Assembly: GCA_038134005.1 (NCBI GenBank)
Contig: JAYPUL010000019.1
Location: forward strand, 1-49,865
Reading direction: 5' to 3'
DNA: 49,865 bases
Source: Paracoccaceae bacterium
Lineage (GTDB): Bacteria > Pseudomonadota > Alphaproteobacteria > Rhodobacterales > Rhodobacteraceae
Position numbers and translations under genes: made by a program. Positions 10,052 through 18,103 of this stretch are shown here, piece by piece; the stretch's first letter is position 1; every line of letters begins with the position of its first letter. Below the pieces are notes generated by a model. It was given only the letters and a program-made list of their open reading frames with translations, was not told the DNA's origin and did not search any database.

Positions 10052-11827
10052 TTACACCTGTTGTGGGCGCATATCTGCCGCGTTGATGCCTGCGACGGAC
10101 ACTGGCTTTTTCATAGCGTCACGGCGGAATGGTTCCCCAAGTTCTTGGTTGATCATTGCTTCGATCAAAGTGGTTTTACCATTCTTTTGGTCGATTAACG
10201 CTTGGTTCAATGCGTCGCGCAATTCGTCCATTGTACGTGCAACAACACCTTGCAAGCCACACGCCTTCGCGATGCCCGCGTAGGACACCTGTTCATCCAA
10301 CTCTGTGCCAACAAAGTTATCATCGAACCATAAGGTCGAGTTACGCTTTTCCGCGCCCCATTGATAGTTGCGGAACACAACTTGGGTCACCGCTGGCCAA
10401 TCGCCACGGCCAATCGCGGTCAATTCGTTCACTGCGATACCAAATGCGCCGTCACCGGCAAAGCCTACGACTGGGACGTCAGGGCAGCCAATTTTAGCGC
10501 CCACGATTGCGGGCAAACCATACCCGCATGGACCAAATAGACCTGGTGCAAGATATTTGCGGCCCGCATCAAAATCAGGATATGCGTTACCAATCGCACA
10601 GTTGTTTCCGATGTCCGAGCTGATGATCGCATCGCGTGGCAATGCCTGTTGGATTGCGCGCCACGCCATCCGTGGGCTCATCCAATCTGGTTTCGCTGCA
10701 CGTGCGCGTTCGTTCCATGATGTGCCTGGATCGTCGTCTTCGTGTGTCATTTCGGCTAATTGCTGCGCCCATGCGGATTTCGTTTGCGCGATGCGTGCCT
10801 TGCGCTCTGTGCGACCTGCGTCGCCTGCGCTGTCGCTTAATTTGTTTAGGATACCATTTGCGACTTTGGCTGCGTCGCCGACAATACCAACAGTCACTTT
10901 TTTGGTCAGACCAATGCGATCTGGGTTGATGTCAACCTGGATAATCTTGGCGTTTGTTGGCCAATATTCCATGCCATAACCCGGCAAGGTTGAGAATGGG
11001 TTCAAACGTGTGCCTAGACACAAAACGACGTCCGCGTCTTTGATCAATTCCATTCCTGCTTTTGATCCGTTGTATCCCAAAGGACCTGCAAACAATGGGT
11101 GCGATCCTGGGAAGGCGTCGTTGTGTTGATATCCAACACATACAGGTGCGTCCAAACGTTCCGCCAAATTCATTGATGCCTTAATGCCGCCTTTGGACAA
11201 AACAACGCCAGCACCGTTCAAAATGACCGGATTTTTGGCGCTGCTTAACAATGCTGCTGCCTCGGCAACAGAATTTTCGCCGCCTGAGCTGCGTTCAAAT
11301 TCGATGGGTTCAGGAATTTCAACATCAATGACCTGTGTCCACATATCACGTGGGATGTTGATTTGCGCAGGCGCGCTTGCGCGCTTGGCTTGGGAAATGA
11401 CGCGTGTCAAAACCTCTGCAACGCGGGATGGATCGCGAACTTCTTCTTGATAGGCGACCATGTCTTCGAACAACTTCATCTGTTCAACTTCTTGGAAACC
11501 ACCTTGGCCGATTGTTTTGTTCGCCGCCTGTGGTGTGACCAACAACAATGGGGTGTGGTTCCAATATGCGGTTTTAACGGCCGTCACAAAGTTGGTAATG
11601 CCTGGGCCGTTTTGCGCGATCATCATCGACATTTTGCCGGTTGCACGTGTGTAGCCGTCGGACATCATGCCCGCGCTGCCTTCGTGTGCACAGTCCCAGA
11701 ACTTGATCCCAGCGGATGGGAAAAGATCGGAAATCGGCATCATCGCCGAACCAATAATACCAAAGGCATGTTCAATGCCGTGCATTTGCAACACTTTTAC
11801 AAATGCTTCTTCTGTTGTCATTTTCAT
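10052..11827 (-). CDS. xsc: TPP-dependent enzyme of the acetolactate-synthase superfamily; sulfoacetaldehyde acetyltransferase by context
   Basis: About 591 aa from 'MKMTTEEAFVK...' (GAGGAG SD 6 nt upstream). TPP-binding 'GDGAFGI'-type motif near the C-terminus. Size and neighbourhood (pta, ackA, tpa, tauABC, tauR) are those of Xsc. Confidence 0.75.
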   Translation of the reverse strand: MKMTTEEAFVKVLQMHGIEHAFGIIGSAMMPISDLFPSAGIKFWDCAHEGSAGMMSDGYTRATGKMSMMIAQNGPGITNFVTAVKTAYWNHTPLLLVTPQAANKTIGQGGFQEVEQMKLFEDMVAYQEEVRDPSRVAEVLTRVISQAKRASAPAQINIPRDMWTQVIDVEIPEPIEFERSSGGENSVAEAAALLSSAKNPVILNGAGVVLSKGGIKASMNLAERLDAPVCVGYQHNDAFPGSHPLFAGPLGYNGSKAGMELIKDADVVLCLGTRLNPFSTLPGYGMEYWPTNAKIIQVDINPDRIGLTKKVTVGIVGDAAKVANGILNKLSDSAGDAGRTERKARIAQTKSAWAQQLAEMTHEDDDPGTSWNERARAAKPDWMSPRMAWRAIQQALPRDAIISSDIGNNCAIGNAYPDFDAGRKYLAPGLFGPCGYGLPAIVGAKIGCPDVPVVGFAGDGAFGIAVNELTAIGRGDWPAVTQVVFRNYQWGAEKRNSTLWFDDNFVGTELDEQVSYAGIAKACGLQGVVARTMDELRDALNQALIDQKNGKTTLIEAMINQELGEPFRRDAMKKPVSVAGINAADMRPQQV

Positions 11828-11895
11828 TGAGATCTCTCCTCGCAAGTCTGGCTTGACATCTTTTCGTCAAACTTAAGGGGATAGCAAGGGGATCA

Positions 11896-11928
11896 GTAGG
11901 GCCAGTTTGGATTACGGTTTAGGTCCAA
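11896..11928 (-). promoter_or_regulatory. Candidate TauR (MocR-type) operator upstream of xsc: two direct 10-mer repeats
   Basis: On the xsc-sense strand: 'TTGGACCTAA-13 nt-CTGGCCCTAC', resembling the CTGGACYTAA direct repeats I recall for Rhodobacter TauR. Sits 70-100 bp upstream of the xsc start and overlaps the tauR stop codon. Confidence 0.35.
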
Positions 11929-13384
11929 TTTCTCGGATGGTTTGCGCGATCATTTTGATTCCGTCCCTGATTTTACTGTCGGAAATTGACGAAAATGCCA
12001 GTCGATAGAAATGGTTTGGTACAGTTTCACGCGAAAAAAATGGACGCCCTGGTTCAATAAGTACGCCTTTTGCTTCTAACAATTTTGCAAGTTCAAGTGT
12101 GTTAACATGCTGTGGGGCCTGCATCCAAAATGACGATCCGCCTTTGGGCGGCGATCCAGCAATTTTTAATCCGTATTCGTTGATCGCGTCCTGCATGATC
12201 TGGCGACGGGCCTGAAATTGCCGCGCGGTCCGTTTGATCAACGCATCATAATGGCCAAGGCTAAGGAAGTAGGCGGCAGTGCGTTGAATGTGGCCGGGTG
12301 GGTGTCGAAGAATTGATGCGCGCAATGCGCGTGCTTCGCGAATAAATGGCTCGGCGCCGACCAAGTATCCCAATCTTAAGCCAGGAAATAGCGATTTGGA
12401 AAAACTGCCAACATAAATCACGCGCCCATCTTTATCCAATGATTTCAATGCTGGCGTTGCCGCATTTGCCGAAGTCATTTCGAATTCATAGTCATCTTCA
12501 ACAATCAACGCGTCCAATTCAGCGGCACGTTTTAGCAAAAGTTCGCGCCGCTTGACGGGCATTGTCGACGTTGTTGGGCATTGATGACTTGGTGTTGTGA
12601 AAATGACGGATGCATCATTTGAAATTGCGGATGGATCTAATCCATTCTTGTCAACGTCGACGGCTTGGACGTGACAACGGGATTGATCCAAGATGTCGCG
12701 CAAAGCGGGATAGCATGGGTTTTCAATGACTGCGGTGCGCCGTTGTGTCAAAAGCACCTGTGTCGCTAACCAAAGCGCATTTTGGGCGCCCAAGGTCACC
12801 AAAATTTGGTCTGCCTTTGCAAATATCCCACGTCGTGGCAAGCTTTGACGCGCAATAAATTCCACCAACATTGGATCGTCTTGATCATAGTAATCAGACG
12901 TTAAGGCATTAAAATCTTTTACCCCAAGTGCGGTAAGTGCACAGAGCCGCCAATTTGCGTGATCAAAAAGGTTGGGGTCAGTTTGTCCATAAATGAACGG
13001 GTATTTATAGGTTGACCAATTTTGCGGTTTTTCGGGCCAGTTCCCACCAGTAAAGCGCTGACCGATTGCGCGGGTCCAATCAATCGTATCGCTGCGATCT
13101 TGTGGCGGAATGAAGCGCGGGGCTTCGGGTGCGGTATCGGATACAAAATAACCTGATCGATCGCGCGAAGTCAGATAATCGCTTGCCAATAATTCCGTAT
13201 AGGCAAGGGTGACTGTCAGCCTGCTTACTTTTAAGTGCTTCGCAAGTGACCGTGTGGACGGCAATCGTTCACCCGTTCTAAAACGCCCAATCAAAATTCC
13301 CTGCGCGATCATTTGTTGAATGCGCGCCTGCAGGGTCCCTTGAAAGCTAGGATCAAGATAAAAATTTTCGACAGGAATCGCCAT
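11912..13384 (-). CDS. tauR: MocR/GntR-family transcriptional regulator with a C-terminal class-I aminotransferase-like (PLP) domain; taurine regulator by context
   Basis: 490 aa. N-terminal winged HTH ('...RLPSTRSLAKHLKVSRLTVTLAYTEL...') plus a long aminotransferase-fold domain with the PLP Lys region ('...YVGSFSKSLFPGLRLGY...'). Located between xsc and tpa/tauABC. Confidence 0.75.
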   Translation of the reverse strand: MAIPVENFYLDPSFQGTLQARIQQMIAQGILIGRFRTGERLPSTRSLAKHLKVSRLTVTLAYTELLASDYLTSRDRSGYFVSDTAPEAPRFIPPQDRSDTIDWTRAIGQRFTGGNWPEKPQNWSTYKYPFIYGQTDPNLFDHANWRLCALTALGVKDFNALTSDYYDQDDPMLVEFIARQSLPRRGIFAKADQILVTLGAQNALWLATQVLLTQRRTAVIENPCYPALRDILDQSRCHVQAVDVDKNGLDPSAISNDASVIFTTPSHQCPTTSTMPVKRRELLLKRAAELDALIVEDDYEFEMTSANAATPALKSLDKDGRVIYVGSFSKSLFPGLRLGYLVGAEPFIREARALRASILRHPPGHIQRTAAYFLSLGHYDALIKRTARQFQARRQIMQDAINEYGLKIAGSPPKGGSSFWMQAPQHVNTLELAKLLEAKGVLIEPGRPFFSRETVPNHFYRLAFSSISDSKIRDGIKMIAQTIREIGPKP

Positions 13385-13397
13385 GTGCTTAACTTAC

Positions 13398-13429
13398 TGG
13401 TCTTAGGTCTCATCGTAAACTGGACTTAA
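13398..13429. promoter_or_regulatory. Candidate TauR operator: direct repeats CTGGTCTTAG-N12-CTGGACTTAA just upstream of the tauR start
   Basis: An exact match to CTGGACYTAA at 13420-13429 and a 2-mismatch copy at 13398-13407, 14-47 bp upstream of the tauR ATG. Lies in the divergent region shared with the HTH gene at 13620. Confidence 0.4.
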
Positions 13430-13619
13430 TGACGGGTAAGGTCAATTTTGCGAAATGCGTTAACCAATAGTTGAAATATACCTATGCGTGTATGCATAAT
13501 TGTAGCAGTAATTTAAATAATCGTGAATTTATGATAATTCTTGCGGAAAACATTGGTTTTTCGCAACTCACGGGTTATGAAAAGGAATAGATTTTACCAT
13601 CAAAATTTATTTTTTTCTG

Positions 13620-14447
13620 ATGGGGTTAGTTTTGCATATTGAAAAAGAATTAATTTCGACACACCTAATTTTTGGTAAAAATCTCCGTGAATTGTGCCGG
13701 CGCGTCGGCACAATTGCTGAGGTTGCAGATGCGCTAGATATCAATCGCGTTCAAATGAATCGAATTTTGAATGGTGAGAGTTTTCCAAAACCTGGATTGT
13801 TAAAGCGGATTTGTGAATATTTTAACGTCGATGCGCGCATTTTGTTGGAACCACTCAGTGCATTAGAGGCGGCGAAGACAACGGTTAGCCGTCCGAATTA
13901 TACGGATACTTTGGCCTATTCCATGTTTGGGCGATACTATTTCATCGGGGAAAATGATTTAAATGACATGTTGCCCGATGGTATCCATCTGTTGGTGCGC
14001 CCATCCTTTGTATGGAAAGATGAATTTTGGGTCGGTCTCATTCGAATTTTTGGACGTGACGGAACCAGATTTATTCGCGGACTTGAACCCATCGCGCCCA
14101 GTATGAAGCGTGCGAACCTTACGCCGATCACATCGCGCGAATATCGCGGCTGTGTTTTCAAATCAAACGAAGCGCTTTCTTTTTTATATGCAACGCCGAT
14201 GCCAAACACGGTTCTTGGCGTTGACCATTTTTCAACGCGGTCGTGGTCGTCGCATGGGTGTCTTATGGGGCGCTGTATGTTGATGAGCAACGCCAATCCG
14301 ATTGGCAAAAACGTTGTCCCGATTATTCTTCAACCGTTAGAACAATCGACAACCGATATTTTGCGAGCGGCCCGCAAAACGGGATTTCGGGCGATCTCAG
14401 AAATTCCATCTCGGTATCACGATTATTTGCGATCAGACGGAATGTAA
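13620..14447 (+). CDS. Hypothetical protein with an N-terminal XRE-type HTH and a ~190-aa C-terminal domain of unknown function
   Basis: 275-aa ORF. The HTH region '...LRELCRRVGTIAEVADALDINRVQMNRILNGESFPKPGLLKRICEYFNV...' fits the helix-turn-helix_XRE pattern. The gene is visibly AT-richer than its neighbours and preceded by a 230-bp AT-rich region. Convergent with tpa, sharing a terminator. Confidence 0.55.
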   Translation: MGLVLHIEKELISTHLIFGKNLRELCRRVGTIAEVADALDINRVQMNRILNGESFPKPGLLKRICEYFNVDARILLEPLSALEAAKTTVSRPNYTDTLAYSMFGRYYFIGENDLNDMLPDGIHLLVRPSFVWKDEFWVGLIRIFGRDGTRFIRGLEPIAPSMKRANLTPITSREYRGCVFKSNEALSFLYATPMPNTVLGVDHFSTRSWSSHGCLMGRCMLMSNANPIGKNVVPIILQPLEQSTTDILRAARKTGFRAISEIPSRYHDYLRSDGM

Positions 14448-14474
14448 AAAGGGCGCAAGGTGACCCTTGCGCCC
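14446..14474 (-). terminator. Bidirectional intrinsic terminator (tpa / HTH gene)
   Basis: Perfect 10-bp stem GGGCGCAAGG-tgac-CCTTGCGCCC, flanked by AAAAA on the plus strand (a T-run for the minus-strand tpa transcript). Sits in the 34-bp gap between convergent stops. Confidence 0.8.
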
Positions 14475-14481
14475 GAACCAA

Positions 14482-15867
14482 TCAGCCAAAGACTTTGGTT
14501 AATGCTTTATCAACAGCATCAGTGATTGCATCAATGTCATCGCCCGTTGAAATTAAAGCAGGGCTAAAGCAGAGTGTGTTGTTCAGGCCTGGCAATGACC
14601 GGTTGGTCGCGCCGATGATGACGCCTTGTGCGCCACAATCCGCAACAACAGCCTGAACCAGTTTTTCGTCCGCCGCTTCTTTGGTTTTACGATCTGCAAC
14701 CAATTCCGCGCCGCAGAACAAACCTTTCCCGCGAACGTCACCGATCACAGCGTGTTTTTCTTTTAGCGCGTTTAGGTTTTCAAGCATACGTTCACCCATG
14801 CGAGTCGTATTTTCCAATAGGTTTTCGTCCTCGATGATACGCATGTTTTCCAACGCCGCCGCTGGTCCAGCGGTACAGCCACCGAATGTTGAAATGTCGC
14901 GGAAATAGTTCATGGGATCGCTCGAGTTATCTTTGAACATGTCAAAGACTTCTTCTGTCGTTACCAAACATGCGATCGCTGCATAGCCTGAAGCAACCCC
15001 TTTGGCCATCGTCACCATGTCGGGTTTGATGCCGTAATGTTGATACCCGAACCAAGTGCCGGTACGGCCAACACCACAAACAACTTCGTCGATGTGAAGC
15101 AAGATATCGTATTTCTTACAGATCTCTTGAACGCGTTCCCAATATCCAACGGGTGGTGTAATCACGCCGCCGCCCGCTGTTACGGGTTCTAGGCACAATG
15201 CGCCAACTGTATCTGGACCTTCTGCAAGAATGACTTCTTCGATCGCATCCGCCGCGCGTTTCCCATATTCTTCGCCCGTCAAATCCCACTGGGCGCGGTA
15301 TTCCAAACAATGCGGGACCCGAACAAAACCGGGTGTGAATGGCCCGTATTGTGCGTTGCGTTCATCCTGGCCACCGGCTGAAAGGCACCCGATCGTTGTG
15401 CCATGATAATCGCGTTCACGGTAGAGAACCTTATGTTTTTTACCGCCGTAGCGTTTGTGTGCAATTTGGCGAACCATTTTGAATGCTTTTTCGTTCGCTT
15501 CAGAGCCTGAGTTGCAATAGTAAACGCGCGTCAGGCCAGGCATCTTTTCAATCAAGCGTTCTGCAAACAACGCACCTGGAATTGATCCCGCCGAGCCGGC
15601 AAAATAGTTGATCTTTACCAATTGATCACGAACAGCATCCGCAATTTCTGTGCGGCCATAGCCGACGTTAACGGTCCAAACTCCACCTGATACCGCATCA
15701 AGGTATTCTTTGCCTTTTTGGTCCCATACGCGCATACCTTTGCCTTCGACGATGATGCGTGGTTCACCGGTTTCAAAGGGCTTGTGCTGTGTAAGGTGGT
15801 GCCAAATATGGGCACGGTCTGCGTCGACAACGTGCGAAATATCATTTTCGCGAATGATTGTGTTCAT
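14482..15867 (-). CDS. tpa: Class-III (omega) aminotransferase; taurine:pyruvate aminotransferase by context
   Basis: 461 aa with class III aminotransferase features (PLP-lysine region '...DEVVCGVGRTGTWFG...'). Divergent from tauABC and adjacent to tauR and xsc. Confidence 0.7.
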   Translation of the reverse strand: MNTIIRENDISHVVDADRAHIWHHLTQHKPFETGEPRIIVEGKGMRVWDQKGKEYLDAVSGGVWTVNVGYGRTEIADAVRDQLVKINYFAGSAGSIPGALFAERLIEKMPGLTRVYYCNSGSEANEKAFKMVRQIAHKRYGGKKHKVLYRERDYHGTTIGCLSAGGQDERNAQYGPFTPGFVRVPHCLEYRAQWDLTGEEYGKRAADAIEEVILAEGPDTVGALCLEPVTAGGGVITPPVGYWERVQEICKKYDILLHIDEVVCGVGRTGTWFGYQHYGIKPDMVTMAKGVASGYAAIACLVTTEEVFDMFKDNSSDPMNYFRDISTFGGCTAGPAAALENMRIIEDENLLENTTRMGERMLENLNALKEKHAVIGDVRGKGLFCGAELVADRKTKEAADEKLVQAVVADCGAQGVIIGATNRSLPGLNNTLCFSPALISTGDDIDAITDAVDKALTKVFG

Positions 15868-16226
15868 TGGGGTATCCTTTTCTTATTGCGCACGCTACAC
15901 GCGCCAAATTCGCCATTGATGCCTATTGTCTTGAAATAGGGGGCAGAATATAGGGCCAATTTTTTGGATCAAATATGTCCAGACAGCAACCCTGCCTAAT
16001 TGCCGATAATGTCTAAGTGTATGTAAATAAATTACTAATTGTTTTTTTGTTCGCCTTGAATTCGGTGCTGCTGTATTCGAATGTGTGGAAATTGGAAATT
16101 TATTGCAGAAAAGAGTTGATCCAAAAACTGAAATAGGGTCCGATCAAGGAGACCGATCTTTGGTCCTTACCGACGCACACTGTTGCGCAATGCTTCGATA
16201 AGAAAGCACGAAAAAGGGAGTTTATA

Positions 16227-17228
16227 ATGAAAATGACGAAAAAAATCCTATCCTCTACTGCGGCCTTGGCGCTTGTTGCGTCTGCTCAAATGGCCAGCGC
16301 GGCGGATGAAATTACTGTTGCTTATTTCCTAGAATGGCCAATGCCGTTCGAATACGCAAAACAAATGGGCACCTATGATGAAGCTATGGGCGTCAAGATC
16401 AACTGGGTCAGCTTTGATTCTGGTGTGAAAATGTCTGCGGCGATGGCGTCTGGCGACGTTCAGTTGTCAGTAAGCCAAGGTGTTCCACCGTTCGTGGTTG
16501 CGACATCAGCTGGACAAGACCTTCAAATTCTTGATGTTGCTGTTAGCTATGCGGACAACGACAACTGTGTTGTGCGTTCAGATCTTGAAATCGACAAAGA
16601 TAGCGCTGGCGAATTGGCTGGCAAAAAAGTTGCCGTTCCTTTGGGAACAGCGGCGCATTACGGTTTCCTAAAGCAGATGTCACACTTTGGTGTTGACGTT
16701 GGTTCGATGGAAGTCGTTGACATGGATCCACCGGATGGCGCCGCAGCGATTGCACAAGGCTCAGTTGATATGTTCTGTGGTTGGGGTGGTTCGCTACGTC
16801 GCGCAAAAGAACATGGCAACGTCTTGTTGACGGGTGCAGAAAAAGAAGCACTTGGCATCCTTGTATTTGACGTGACATCGGGTCCAGCGGGCTGGGTCGC
16901 GGAAAATAGCGATTTGGTTGCGAAGTTTTTGAAGGTGACCGCAGATGCGAACGCAATGTGGGCCGACAGCGCAAACCACGCGACAATGTTGCCTGTGATT
17001 GCAAAAGACGCTGGTATGGATGAACAAGCAACAGCCGACACAATGGCAACATTTGTGTTCCCGACTGTTGATGAACAGCTGTCTGCCAAATGGCTTGGCG
17101 GTGGTGCGCAGGGCTTTATGAAAGGCGTCGCAGACGTTTTTGTCGGTGCAAAATCAATCGACTCAGCTTTGGATAGCTATGCAGGCGCGGTGAATACTGG
17201 TCCACTTGCTGCTGCAAAAGGTATGTAA
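16227..17228 (+). CDS. tauA: ABC transporter periplasmic substrate-binding protein (taurine/aliphatic sulfonate, NMT1/SsuA/TauA family)
   Basis: 333 aa with a Sec signal peptide ('MKMTKKILSSTAALALVASAQMASAADE'). First gene of an SBP-ATPase-permease operon. Strong SD AAAAGGGAG upstream. Confidence 0.7.
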   Translation: MKMTKKILSSTAALALVASAQMASAADEITVAYFLEWPMPFEYAKQMGTYDEAMGVKINWVSFDSGVKMSAAMASGDVQLSVSQGVPPFVVATSAGQDLQILDVAVSYADNDNCVVRSDLEIDKDSAGELAGKKVAVPLGTAAHYGFLKQMSHFGVDVGSMEVVDMDPPDGAAAIAQGSVDMFCGWGGSLRRAKEHGNVLLTGAEKEALGILVFDVTSGPAGWVAENSDLVAKFLKVTADANAMWADSANHATMLPVIAKDAGMDEQATADTMATFVFPTVDEQLSAKWLGGGAQGFMKGVADVFVGAKSIDSALDSYAGAVNTGPLAAAKGM

Positions 17229-17246
17229 GTTTTAAATCACTTATCT

Positions 17247-17277
17247 GGGCGAGGGCGTAAAACCCTTGCCCTTTTTG
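17247..17277 (+). terminator. Intra-operon attenuator/partial terminator between tauA and tauB
   Basis: Hairpin GGGCgAGGG...CCCTtGCCC (one mismatch) followed by TTTTTG, 19 nt after the tauA stop. This arrangement typically over-expresses the binding protein relative to the membrane components. Confidence 0.5.
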
Positions 17278-17296
17278 TAAACTTGAAAGGTCGAAG

Positions 17297-18103
17297 ATGA
17301 GCGGTTTGTCGATCAACAATATTTCTATGCGCTTTGGTCTTCCGAATGGAAGTTCAGTACAGGCATTGAAAAATGTTACCCTAAACCTAAAGCCTGGGGA
17401 ATTAATGTCGGTCTTGGGGCCGTCAGGGTGTGGTAAAACCACGTTGCTAAACATTGTGGCGGGGTTTTTGGCGCCAACTGAGGGTCAAATCGTTTTAGGC
17501 GGTGAGCGGGTCACAGGGCCAAGCGCAGAACGTGGAATGGTTTTTCAGCAGGGCGCGTTGTTCGAATGGATGAGCGTTCGTGAAAACGTTGGCTTTGGTC
17601 CGCGAATGAAAGGTGCCAATAAGGCAGAAACGCGTGAAAAGGTGGATCACCTTTTGGATGTTGTAGGCCTGGGCGATTTCAAAGAAAAGGCCGTGTATGA
17701 ATTGTCGGGTGGTATGCAACAACGCGTCGCATTGGCGCGGTGTTTGGCAAACGATCCTGATGTGATTTTGATGGATGAACCATTGGGCGCGCTTGATGCG
17801 TTAACCCGTGAAAAGATGCAATCTTTGGTTCTGAAGCTCTGGAAAGAAACGGGTAAGACGATCATCTTGATCACCCATTCCGTTGAAGAGGCATTGTTGT
17901 TGGGCGAACGTTTGCTGGTTATGGCACCGCGTCCTGGGCGAATTCATCGCGAATACCGTTTGCCATTTGCCGATTTGGGCGTTGGACAGGATCTGCGCGA
18001 AGTTAAAAAACATCCAGACTATGCAAAGACCCGCGAAGAAATTCTAAGCATGATTTGGGATATGGAAGAAGAAATCATGGGTAGATCGGAGGCCGCGCAA
18101 TGA
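17297..18103 (+). CDS. tauB: ABC transporter ATP-binding protein (taurine/sulfonate importer)
   Basis: 268 aa. Walker A 'GPSGCGKTT', ABC signature 'LSGGMQQRVALAR', Walker B 'ILMDEP'. Stop overlaps the tauC start. Confidence 0.85.
   Translation: MSGLSINNISMRFGLPNGSSVQALKNVTLNLKPGELMSVLGPSGCGKTTLLNIVAGFLAPTEGQIVLGGERVTGPSAERGMVFQQGALFEWMSVRENVGFGPRMKGANKAETREKVDHLLDVVGLGDFKEKAVYELSGGMQQRVALARCLANDPDVILMDEPLGALDALTREKMQSLVLKLWKETGKTIILITHSVEEALLLGERLLVMAPRPGRIHREYRLPFADLGVGQDLREVKKHPDYAKTREEILSMIWDMEEEIMGRSEAAQ

Noticed and set aside
10368-11830. Plus-strand ORFs of 203, 155 and 88-97 aa inside the xsc region
   Set aside because: All are antisense to the TPP-enzyme gene, whose conserved motifs identify the coding strand.
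16543-17089. 169-aa and 143-aa minus-strand ORFs
   Set aside because: Antisense to tauA, which has a clear signal peptide, SBP sequence and SD. Shadow ORFs.
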